From contig JAQBYT010000006.1 of assembly GCA_027622665.1 (NCBI GenBank), positions 103,858-167,857 of the forward strand: a DNA stretch of 64,000 nt, written 5' to 3'. Made by a program: the position numbers and the translations under genes. Under the pieces are notes generated by a model. The model did not search any database. It had not been told where the DNA came from and saw only the letters and a list, made by a program, of their open reading frames with translations. The first letter of the stretch is position 1, and every line of letters starts with the position of its first letter. Shown here in pieces: positions 40,113 to 48,265 of this stretch. The stretch is from Verrucomicrobiota bacterium. Its GTDB lineage: Bacteria; Verrucomicrobiota; Verrucomicrobiia; Opitutales; Seribacteraceae.

Positions 40113-40829
40113 TCATCGCGAGATTTTTTGATAGGCTTCATGAGCAACTTTGTCTTCGCGGGCACTTTCGCCGTAGAAGATGAACCCCAGAGGGGGACAT
40201 AATCGAGTGCGACTCAGGTTGGCATCGGCTCGGTGTATAGTCAAGGCATGATGGGCCAGCAAGTCTCCGGGGTTGGCGGGGCAGGGGACTTCATCCTTAA
40301 GATCCTTTTCTCTGCCAAAATCAAGAATGCCTTGGGAGAAGCTGAGGGTTTGAGTGCTACCATGAGGACGCATTCCATCGAGATGCGAACCACGGATGTA
40401 TCGTACGCAACCATTCTCCTCGTCCACCGGGTCAAGTGCCATCCACATCGTTAGGGCTCGGCAAGGTTCGAGCATGAAGTAATAACCATCCTGATGGGCG
40501 GGGGTGGCTTGGCCTATGCCGGGCGGTTCGTTGAAGTACTGTAGGTTTTTGCCGACTACGGGTTCGCCCAATAGCTCTGCCGCCAGGGCCTTCGGTTTTT
40601 CATTAAAAAATGCACTGAAGAATTCGTCGTGTTCGTGCATGCGCTGGATTTGCTTCAGAGACTCGGGTTGCGCCTTGTCTTCATAAAACACGTCTTCTGT
40701 GGGCAGATCCGCAATCCTGTCGTCCATGAAGTGGGTCAGCGCCGACTCGATTGAAGACAACTCCGCCGGGTTGCAGAACCGAGGCACTGCGACAAAGCCA
40801 TCGTCTTTGAATGCGTTCAGTTGCTCCAT
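40113..40829 (-). CDS. Phytanoyl-CoA dioxygenase (PhyH) family Fe/2OG oxygenase; C-terminus possibly frameshifted
   Basis: DGF, TPAHQDGYYF (HxD), WMALD..DEENGC..Y..GSH, distal H in TIHRA. Start at MEQLN (40829). Confidence 0.85.
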   Translation of the reverse strand: MEQLNAFKDDGFVAVPRFCNPAELSSIESALTHFMDDRIADLPTEDVFYEDKAQPESLKQIQRMHEHDEFFSAFFNEKPKALAAELLGEPVVGKNLQYFNEPPGIGQATPAHQDGYYFMLEPCRALTMWMALDPVDEENGCVRYIRGSHLDGMRPHGSTQTLSFSQGILDFGREKDLKDEVPCPANPGDLLAHHALTIHRADANLSRTRLCPPLGFIFYGESAREDKVAHEAYQKISR

Positions 40830-40833
40830 CGAT

Positions 40834-41151
40834 TCACCACGATTTTTCACCTTGAAAAACTTTGCCGGTTTTCTTGTGTGTCCATGAATGGTTGTCGGGA
40901 TTGAAGGTGAAGGCGCACTTGGGGGATGCGCCGTGCGCGTTGGTGAATAGCGTGCCGCGGGAGGCAAGCCGATTGATGTTGGGCGTGTGAACGGTGCCCT
41001 CGTAGCCACCGAGACAGTTCACCCAGTCCTTCATGTCGTCCACCGCGAGAAAGAGTACGTTGGGCCGAACGGCGTCGATGTCTGCGGGCAAGAGCAGTGC
41101 AGACAGTGCGGCAATGGTAGTGCCAATGGGAGTTCCCCGTCTGGTTCTCAT
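40834..41151 (-). pseudogene. Sulfatase remnant with a large in-frame internal deletion
   Basis: Signal peptide, [31 protein letters not shown]...SPKC, then directly a 26-aa C-terminal-like tail; only 105 aa in total. Confidence 0.85.
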
Positions 41152-41176
41152 GCGATTTCGGAGTGTGGACTCGTGA

Positions 41177-41691
41177 TTACGCCTTCAAGTCGTAGAATAC
41201 CTTGTCTTCTTTTGCGAAAGCTTTTTCGTTGATGCGTAAACCGCATCCCGGGGTATCCGGCACGGTGCCCAGACCGTTCTTCCGAGAGTAACCGTCGGCG
41301 ATGAGGATTGGCGTCGAGAGTGGGTCGTGCTCGGCCCTGTAAAAGTTGGGAATAGCTCGTCCGACCTGCAGTTGCATGTAGTCGCCGACGAGTGACCCCA
41401 GTTGTGTGGAGTCACGAGGAGGTTCTCCTCGGCTGCCATTGCGGAGTCCTCCATTATTCCCTCGAAGCCAAAACGCTTCATGTCGCCCGAACTGTTGCGA
41501 TGTACGCCGCCTCTTGAGTTCTTTCCTGCCAACTTAGACCGTTTAGTCGGTATGCGGCAGTGTACGACTCGGGTGATTCTCACATCGCTCGTCGATTCCT
41601 TCGCCAAGGCGAGAGAGGTCGTAAAAGGAACGGTTAGAGATGCCCTTAGGAAATCTCTTCTTGCCAATGAGGTCTTAATTATTGTCCCCAC
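41177..41691 (-). pseudogene. Tat-exported mandelate racemase/enolase-superfamily remnant (internal deletion plus frameshift)
   Basis: RRDFL Tat motif and DVRITRV N-terminus joined to ...PHNWG. After a -1 shift at the run at 41396-41399 it reads on as SLVGDYMQLQVGRAIPNFYRAE...VPDTPGCGLRINE, a typical enolase-superfamily C-terminus. Confidence 0.75.
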
Positions 41692-41843
41692 ATTTACTTT
41701 TCGCTTGTGTCAAGCAAGCGTGAATGAAGGGTATTTCGTTAAGAAATAGGTAAGTTAAGTCCCCCGGCAAACTAGGGGAGGCTCACGGAGGAAATGGTCC
41801 CGGTAGAAGCCAATCTTTGGAACTGGTTCCCTCTTCCTTTGCT

Positions 41844-42416
41844 CTAGCCAGTCAAGGAGGGGATTGACTCCACGAGAGTGCCGCAACCCTTTTCAATAAG
41901 GTAAATCAGTTCGGCATAGTGAGCCTCGTGGTGCTCCTTTCTCTCTAAAAACGGATCTGGCAAATGAGGGAGACTTCCAGGTGGTAAGAATAACCCGAAG
42001 GGACGAACTTCCCCGCGGATGCTCTCCATGTTTTCCTTAACAAAGATTTCGCTCTCCTCATCCATAGTTAGGATCAAGTCAGCTTTTGCCAAATCCGGTT
42101 TCAGGGCGAAGCGAGACAAACCATCGAAAGTGTATTCCTTGATGTGCGAGATCGCCTCTTTCATCCTGAGGTCAAGCGGACATTGATCATAAGCTTCGGA
42201 TACGCCTCGGCATGCTATTCTAAAGCGACCGAAGTGGCTCGAGCTTGCTAGAACTTTTCGAAGGGCCTCACGAGCAAGCGGTGATCTCGAAATCCCGCGC
42301 TTGCTGAGAAACAGAATAGTCGACAGGTCGTGGGCTAGGTAACGAGAAGCATTTCCCTTGTCGGGATTGGCTTTGCGAGGGTTACTGCTGTTGGGTAGTC
42401 CCGATTTAGAAGTCAT
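41844..42416 (-). CDS. Low-molecular-weight protein-tyrosine-phosphatase-like protein lacking the catalytic Cys
   Basis: ILFLSKRGISRSPLA aligns with the P-loop VLFVCxGNxCRSPxA; ADLILTMD and PDPF are retained. Confidence 0.8.
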   Translation of the reverse strand: MTSKSGLPNSSNPRKANPDKGNASRYLAHDLSTILFLSKRGISRSPLAREALRKVLASSSHFGRFRIACRGVSEAYDQCPLDLRMKEAISHIKEYTFDGLSRFALKPDLAKADLILTMDEESEIFVKENMESIRGEVRPFGLFLPPGSLPHLPDPFLERKEHHEAHYAELIYLIEKGCGTLVESIPSLTG

Positions 42417-42646
42417 TACAGTTAATGTTGTTTTGAAGTTTGTCTTTAATCCAACTAGGCAACCGCCTCAAATCGGAGTTGTAAAAATTGTTTGTCCGCC
42501 AAGATGGAAATTTCTATTTTCCTGCTCACCTAAATAATTGATTGAATGTAACAGTCTAATAGACGAATACCTGAAATTCAAGACGAATGCGTAATGTTTT
42601 CGTAACTTTTGTTTTAGATGTAGGGCTTTGTCCGCGTCGTTAAACA

Positions 42647-42663
42647 TGCAAAAAATGTGCCAA
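42647..42663 (-). promoter_or_regulatory. Sigma-54 (-24/-12) promoter
   Basis: Minus strand reads TTGGCACATTTTTTGCA against consensus YTGGCACGRNNNTTGCW, with correct GG-N10-GC spacing. It lies in a 464-bp intergenic region and faces the LMW-PTP-like gene. Confidence 0.75.
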
Positions 42664-42880
42664 TTTCAAACTGTACTGCATTTCGTTCGTTTCCACCACG
42701 GTTTTTAGCATAGGTAAGGAAGCTGTTCTTCAATGGGCGGGGCATTCACTGAGTCATTTGGTCGGCATTACTCAAATGATAACGACGTGTTGTCGCATGT
42801 CGAATGATGAACATCATTGCCTGCCGCTGCGGGATTATTTAGATCGTGATTCTCATGAGATCGCTGTTTATCGGAATGGA

Positions 42881-44758
42881 CTAAGGCTTCAGTCTGGCAA
42901 CTGCGTAGACGAGGAATTCAGGCATGGTGAATGAGATTCTGCCATCGGCAAATCGAAAGTCAGGGCGGAACGCCTTCTCATAGTCCGGGGAGATCACTTC
43001 CACCACACTTACCTTTAGTCCCGGCGGAAGAACAAAGGACACCTTGGTTCCCAACACGGCCTTGGGTCTTTCATCGGCGGGGCCACGACCATGATTTGGT
43101 TTGCCGTTGGCTCTCTTGGGGAGCTCATCCCGGTTGTAGTTGACGAAGTGCAGATCGATTTCATTTCCCTTGGCGGGGCGGTTGGCGCATACCCGCAGCG
43201 TGGCAGGCGCGTCAAAGCGGCTGAGTCGTTTCCGTGACGGCAAGGAGTCCTTGGCAGAACTGGCCGGTTTCCGTGAAGGCAAGGCTTCCTTGGTTGGATC
43301 GATCGTTGCTTGGTACTTGGTCAGCATCTCGGGCGTCGCCAAGTCGTCGGGCAAGACGTCGAAGAGGATATGCTGGTCGAGCAGGTTCCTGCCAAGTTTG
43401 CGGAAGGCCTCCAACGGTTCGAGGTTTCCTTGCCAAATTGCTTTTCTGGGAAAGAGAAGAAGCGCCTCGGCGTGCGGGGAGTTGCCACGGAAGAGGTTGT
43501 CGTGTCGTTCGAGGAATTGATAGTAGCGGGCGAACACGGCGCGAGCCGCGGGATCGCCGAATCGCGCGTAGAAACCCATGGGAGATCCGCCGTTGGCTGC
43601 CAACTCGGCGATGGCGACGCGTGTGCGCACGCCTTCATATTTGCCAATGGTGAAAGGCTTGTCCCCAAACGCTCCTCGAATATACCGAGCTTGCAGGGTG
43701 GCGTCGCCCAGAATGCGGTTGGGAAGGTCGGTGTAAGTGGCTGCGTTCCCCGTGCTGTACCAAACGTAGTCCTCACCCTTTCCCCAAAGATCGGCGGGGA
43801 GGAGGCAACGTTCGTCTCCACTGATCTGGCTGAAGTTGCCCAAGTGGTTCCACTGGGCGACGAGCAAGTCCGGCTTGAGCTGCCGGCCATGCCGAATGAA
43901 GACCTCGTCGAATACCTCCTTGTTTGATATTTGCGACCACCGAAGCATCTCGAGGCGGAGTTGGGTGGTTTCCTGCGGGTGGTGCCAGCACACGAGTTCG
44001 TCGAAGCGATGGGCGTCCGGGTCCGCGATGCCCAGCCGTTCTTTCAGTTCCTGTTTAGTGAAGCGTTTTGCGAGGTATTGTTTGAATCCATACGCGCAGT
44101 GTTTGCAGTGGCAGTCGTGGCGGTAGAAGTAGTTGGCCACGAAGCCGTCCACGCCACGCTCGATGCCTCGCTTCACCCATGCCTTCAGCACGATTTGCCA
44201 GTCTGGATTGCGGAGGCATGCAAAGTATTCCTTCATGCCGCCTATGCGGTAACTGTTCTTCTCCAATGGTTTGCCGTCCTTGTCCCTTTCGAGGAAGTCC
44301 AGCGGATCCTTCACGGGTTTAGGCCCCAGTTCCTTTTCGTTCCACAGATCGCGATAGAACTTGAAGAAACCTCGAGGACCTTCCGGACTATCGGGATCGC
44401 CTACCAGAAACTCGACGTTCAGGTGTCCGATTACGAGTACCTTGCGTTTTGCCAATTCCGCGTTTCGTCGCTCAAACCACTTTCCGCACTCATCCAAACC
44501 TCTCACGGGGAAATGAGCGGGATAGCCTTTGTATTGCGGAGTGTGGGCGAGGCCCCAGAAATGCGCCCCGTAGAAACCCAGCTGGACGAGATCGGGTTTC
44601 GTCTCGTCGATGAAGGCAAGGTAGCCGGGTTCCGCGTAATTCGCCCAATGAGCCAGCATGCGGGTGAACTCGAAACGATTGCTATTCTCTTTTGTTTCCG
44701 CCCCTTTGGGCAAGGCAAGCAATAGGAACAACAGGGGATACAGTCGCCGCGCCATCAT
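42881..44758 (-). CDS. Secreted hypothetical glycoside-hydrolase-like protein (probable TIM barrel plus GH42-like C-terminal region)
   Basis: Signal peptide; CLRNPDW...GVDGF...CHCKHC...FKQYL pattern reminiscent of GH42-like barrels; C-terminal LHFVNY. Confidence 0.5.
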   Translation of the reverse strand: MMARRLYPLLFLLLALPKGAETKENSNRFEFTRMLAHWANYAEPGYLAFIDETKPDLVQLGFYGAHFWGLAHTPQYKGYPAHFPVRGLDECGKWFERRNAELAKRKVLVIGHLNVEFLVGDPDSPEGPRGFFKFYRDLWNEKELGPKPVKDPLDFLERDKDGKPLEKNSYRIGGMKEYFACLRNPDWQIVLKAWVKRGIERGVDGFVANYFYRHDCHCKHCAYGFKQYLAKRFTKQELKERLGIADPDAHRFDELVCWHHPQETTQLRLEMLRWSQISNKEVFDEVFIRHGRQLKPDLLVAQWNHLGNFSQISGDERCLLPADLWGKGEDYVWYSTGNAATYTDLPNRILGDATLQARYIRGAFGDKPFTIGKYEGVRTRVAIAELAANGGSPMGFYARFGDPAARAVFARYYQFLERHDNLFRGNSPHAEALLLFPRKAIWQGNLEPLEAFRKLGRNLLDQHILFDVLPDDLATPEMLTKYQATIDPTKEALPSRKPASSAKDSLPSRKRLSRFDAPATLRVCANRPAKGNEIDLHFVNYNRDELPKRANGKPNHGRGPADERPKAVLGTKVSFVLPPGLKVSVVEVISPDYEKAFRPDFRFADGRISFTMPEFLVYAVARLKP

Positions 44759-44772
44759 CCGAGCAGAGGCAT

Positions 44773-45669
44773 CTATTGGTTCAGCGTCCAGCTAAGGCCC
44801 GGGTGCTCGACGCGGAACTGCACGAGGCGCGTGTGCTCGACTTCCGTTACGTAGACGGTGCGGCCATCGGGACCGCCGAAACAGAGATTGCTTGGCTTCG
44901 CCCCCAGGACGTCGATTTCCTTCAGGATTTTTCCCTCAGGAGAGAGGATCACAACCGTACCCTTGCCGTACCGTGTGACGTATAAGTTGCCCTCGGCGTC
45001 GCACCGCATGCCGTCGAACCCGTGGTCCTCGAATTTTTTCAGCAGACGTTTTTTCTCGACCGAACCATCTTTCTTGATGGAAAAAGCCCAAATGTTTCGC
45101 TGCTTCGACTCGTTGACGTAAAGGGTGTTGCCGTCGGGACTCACTTCTATGCCATTGGTCGTTCCCATGTCGTCGGCGAGGAGCTTGACCTTTCCCTTTT
45201 TCGAGATTCTCCACAATTGGCCCGTGCCTTTGGCCCAGCTAGGGTCGCTGGCGTATAGGTTGCCCTTGGCGTCGATGGCCAAGTCGTTTGGCTGATTCAT
45301 CCTCGGTTCGTGGGCGAAGACGCTCAGCTTCTTGGTCTTTGCGTCCACCCGCAACACATTGTGCTTGGGGTAGTCGGCGATGAACATGTTGCCCTTTTTG
45401 TCGAAGCGTATGCCGTTGCCTGTACTTCCCTCGGGCAAGCTGAGGAAGACCTCGCCTTTGCCGTCGGGTGATATTCGGCCAATCGTGCCTTGCTCCTTGA
45501 AGTTCACAGCGAATACGTTGCCCGCCTTGTCGCAGGCGGGTCCCTCAATCCCCGGAGTGAACTCACCTGTTTTCGTAAGAGACGAGGCCTTGAATAACTC
45601 CTCCGCCACTGCTTCCGAGAAAAACAGTGACAAGGTAAGTGATGAGATGAAGCGAAATCGATTATTCAT
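44773..45669 (-). CDS. SMP-30/gluconolactonase/LRE family protein (secreted)
   Basis: EGPA, PNDL, NGIEVSPDG, DGMRCDAEGNLYV, SNLCFGG. Confidence 0.92.
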   Translation of the reverse strand: MNNRFRFISSLTLSLFFSEAVAEELFKASSLTKTGEFTPGIEGPACDKAGNVFAVNFKEQGTIGRISPDGKGEVFLSLPEGSTGNGIRFDKKGNMFIADYPKHNVLRVDAKTKKLSVFAHEPRMNQPNDLAIDAKGNLYASDPSWAKGTGQLWRISKKGKVKLLADDMGTTNGIEVSPDGNTLYVNESKQRNIWAFSIKKDGSVEKKRLLKKFEDHGFDGMRCDAEGNLYVTRYGKGTVVILSPEGKILKEIDVLGAKPSNLCFGGPDGRTVYVTEVEHTRLVQFRVEHPGLSWTLNQ

Positions 45670-45687
45670 AGTGAATCAAATGATTGG

Positions 45688-47124
45688 TTATTTGCCTTTC
45701 CCCGAGTGAAGTTCATTTAACATTTCGAGGAGATTTCGGGTGAGGATATCGGAGCCGTCCTTTTGTACCTTGTTCGTGCCAAGCCAAGTCTCGTAGCCGC
45801 CGAGCTCGTGGTGTCTGGGTGTCGGCAGGTAGCCGTAGGAGCCATTGGCCAGTTCGATCACGAATGTGTGCTTGAAGGGAGATTTCATCTTAATTTCCAG
45901 ACCTGTCTCCACGAAGGTCTCGAAGGGGAAGGAAACGATGGCCTGGTCGCCTATACGGATAGCCTGTACCAGGCAGTCGGCTTTTCCCTCGCGCTTTGTC
46001 TGGGACAATGTGCGTTGAGCGTAGTTGGTTGCAAGCCTAGGCAACTTGGCCTGCTCCTCTTTCGACATGGCGAGGATCTTCTCGGCTCGCTTGATCAGGT
46101 CATCGGAGGGCTTCCGCCAGTCGAGAGGCACCTCGCGCTGCAGCATGGTCACGGGAGCGTCCGAGCTGTACTCCTGGATTCCCCTGCTGGACCGCCAGGA
46201 GGCGTCGGCCACCTTGGCCGCCACGATGCGAATCTGCTCGAAGGGCTGGCGGGGTGCTCGCTTGCCGTGAAAGTCGATGTTGTTGACGTCGCCGCAGGGT
46301 CCGTTGGAGAGCATTGCGACGAAGTTGTCCGACGACATGGCCCGCAAGCGCCACGGCATGATGCGGGCGAATTCCCCGAAATAGTCGGCGGACACCTGCC
46401 GTTCCCCTATATTGATCGCACCCACGTAATGCAGGGCATAGTTGGCAAGCAAGCCGAGCGGCTTCTTTTTTCTTGTTCGCACATCGACGATGCACACTTC
46501 GGGATCGGTCGGACCGGCCGGCCTTACGATATGGTTTCGGTTCGGATTCATCTTTACCTTGTCCAGTTTGCCAAAGGGGTTGAGCGGCATTGTGCCTTCC
46601 TGAAGGTACCAGCGGCGATTGAACACCTCGTCCGGTACTTCATCCGAGCCGAAGCCCACCAGAGCGGTCTGAAGCGAACCAATGGCTTTTTCAATGGCCT
46701 CCACCATGCCGTCGGCCAACCTCTTGCCGAAGGCGACCTGCGGGGCAGGGCCTTCCGTTCTGGATGAAGGGGCCGAGTGGGTATGGGTGGCGGCGATGAG
46801 CATCTGGTCGGTTCGCCAACCGGTGGACTCGGCGGCCCGCTTCTTCGCTGCATCAAGCGCATCGCGGGAAATGCCGATGACGTCTACGATCACGATGACC
46901 GCCCGTCCCTTTCCGTTCTCAAAGGCGAGGGCCCTGACGTGAAGGGGGTCGTGTGCTGTCTTGGCGGGCTTAGGGAAGAAGGAGCCGCGCAAGGTAAGAG
47001 GCCACTCCTGCGGCGTGACGTCCACGATGGCGGTGCCTGCCCGTAACCCCGTATCGGCGGCATGCCCGACGGGGGAGAGCAGGGTGCCCGTGAGCAAAAG
47101 CAGGCAGATGGCTGAGGTTCTCAT
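45688..47124 (-). CDS. Neutral/alkaline ceramidase-like secreted hydrolase
   Basis: LRAG.A.VDVTP, HDPL.VRAL, ATHTHSAP, NYALH, SADY.G, GYLPT...GGYE. Start at MRTSA (47124). Confidence 0.8.
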   Translation of the reverse strand: MRTSAICLLLLTGTLLSPVGHAADTGLRAGTAIVDVTPQEWPLTLRGSFFPKPAKTAHDPLHVRALAFENGKGRAVIVIVDVIGISRDALDAAKKRAAESTGWRTDQMLIAATHTHSAPSSRTEGPAPQVAFGKRLADGMVEAIEKAIGSLQTALVGFGSDEVPDEVFNRRWYLQEGTMPLNPFGKLDKVKMNPNRNHIVRPAGPTDPEVCIVDVRTRKKKPLGLLANYALHYVGAINIGERQVSADYFGEFARIMPWRLRAMSSDNFVAMLSNGPCGDVNNIDFHGKRAPRQPFEQIRIVAAKVADASWRSSRGIQEYSSDAPVTMLQREVPLDWRKPSDDLIKRAEKILAMSKEEQAKLPRLATNYAQRTLSQTKREGKADCLVQAIRIGDQAIVSFPFETFVETGLEIKMKSPFKHTFVIELANGSYGYLPTPRHHELGGYETWLGTNKVQKDGSDILTRNLLEMLNELHSGKGK

Positions 47125-47162
47125 CTTATTGTCCAAGGGAGAAATAAAAGTTCTCTCCATCA

Positions 47163-48197
47163 CTAACCGAGGTGCTTGTCGAAGAATTTTCTGGTTTTCT
47201 CCCACATTTTGTCGGAGAGAACATGTCCTGTGTCGGGCTCGATGAAGGCGGAGAAGTTTTCCGGTGCCCCTGCTTTCTCGTAGGCTTTGGCGATTGTCTT
47301 TACGCCTTCGCGGGCTTCCTTGATGGGGGAACCGCGGTCATTTTCGCCGAGGTTCAGGTGCAAGGCTCTCGGGGCGATAAGGCCGGCCATGTCCGGCGTG
47401 TCGCCGTGAGTGTGAATGCCGGGGATGAAGTTGGGGAAGCAGTGCAGGAGCTTGGTGCGATGGATGCCGTCGTAAGTGGGAAGGCAACAGTTGCCGACAA
47501 GTGCCCGCAGTCGCGGTTCCCAAGGCCCGACGAGCCAAGTGTGAGTCGAGCCCATACTGTGGCCATAGCAACCGATCCGGTCGGCCTTTACTTCGGGACG
47601 CGAGACGAGGTAGTCCACCGCCCGCCGCATATCCCGAATGTTTTTCCAAGCCATGCATTTACCGGCCACGACGTAGCGCAGAAACTCGAAACGTTCGTAG
47701 GCACCACCCTTCAGCTTCTTTTCCGGGTCCTGTCGTTCCTCGAAGCATAGGGCGTCGGGGCAAAGCACGACATAACCCAGTTTGGCCAAGGCCATTCCCG
47801 TATGGTGCATGGGGTTGCCCGCGATTCCTGCGGGCTCGGTTTTACCGAGATGCCATTGTCCTGCGTGTTGATGCCAGATGGTTACGGCGGGAGCAGTGGA
47901 TTTATCGCTCACTCCGTCCGGGACCAGCAGGATGGCAGGGCAGCGGTCATCAGGTTCCAGCTCGTAGGTGATCCACTCCAAGCGGTAGCCCTCCTTCTGT
48001 TCCGTCTTGAGGAGTTTCGGTTTCAGGTTTCCGCCTTCGGGCCAAGGTCCGCCAAGACCTTCGAGCAACTTCTCTCGAAAGCCGTCCTTTCTGATTTTTG
48101 ACTTCGGCTTGGCGTAAAGTCCGTCCTCGTTCGTTACGACTCCCGAGACCCCTGCCGCAACCGTGCCTACCTTTAGAAAATCGCGTCTATTCGTCAT
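47163..48197 (-). CDS. Tat-exported dienelactone-hydrolase-like alpha/beta-hydrolase
   Basis: MTNRRDFLK Tat signal, PDALCFEER, GHSMG nucleophile, IAPR, GH. Confidence 0.85.
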   Translation of the reverse strand: MTNRRDFLKVGTVAAGVSGVVTNEDGLYAKPKSKIRKDGFREKLLEGLGGPWPEGGNLKPKLLKTEQKEGYRLEWITYELEPDDRCPAILLVPDGVSDKSTAPAVTIWHQHAGQWHLGKTEPAGIAGNPMHHTGMALAKLGYVVLCPDALCFEERQDPEKKLKGGAYERFEFLRYVVAGKCMAWKNIRDMRRAVDYLVSRPEVKADRIGCYGHSMGSTHTWLVGPWEPRLRALVGNCCLPTYDGIHRTKLLHCFPNFIPGIHTHGDTPDMAGLIAPRALHLNLGENDRGSPIKEAREGVKTIAKAYEKAGAPENFSAFIEPDTGHVLSDKMWEKTRKFFDKHLG

Positions 48198-48265
48198 GAC
48201 TTCCCATTGATGTTTGGCAGGTTTATCGGAGTTCGGGGACCAACCTTCGGTTTCAATTCGATCGT

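Noticed and set aside
41760..41835. Minus-strand TTCTACCGGG resembling a purine riboswitch core
   Set aside because: Lacks the conserved UAUGG/CCGUAAA loops and a convincing P1-P3 fold; the downstream gene is unrelated to purines.
45763..46767. Long alternative ORFs (45763-46767, 33645-34418, 43931-44725, 62558-63469, 53338-54105, 54608-55255)
   Set aside because: All overlap well-supported genes in another frame or strand, as expected from GC-rich codon bias, and show no recognisable motifs.
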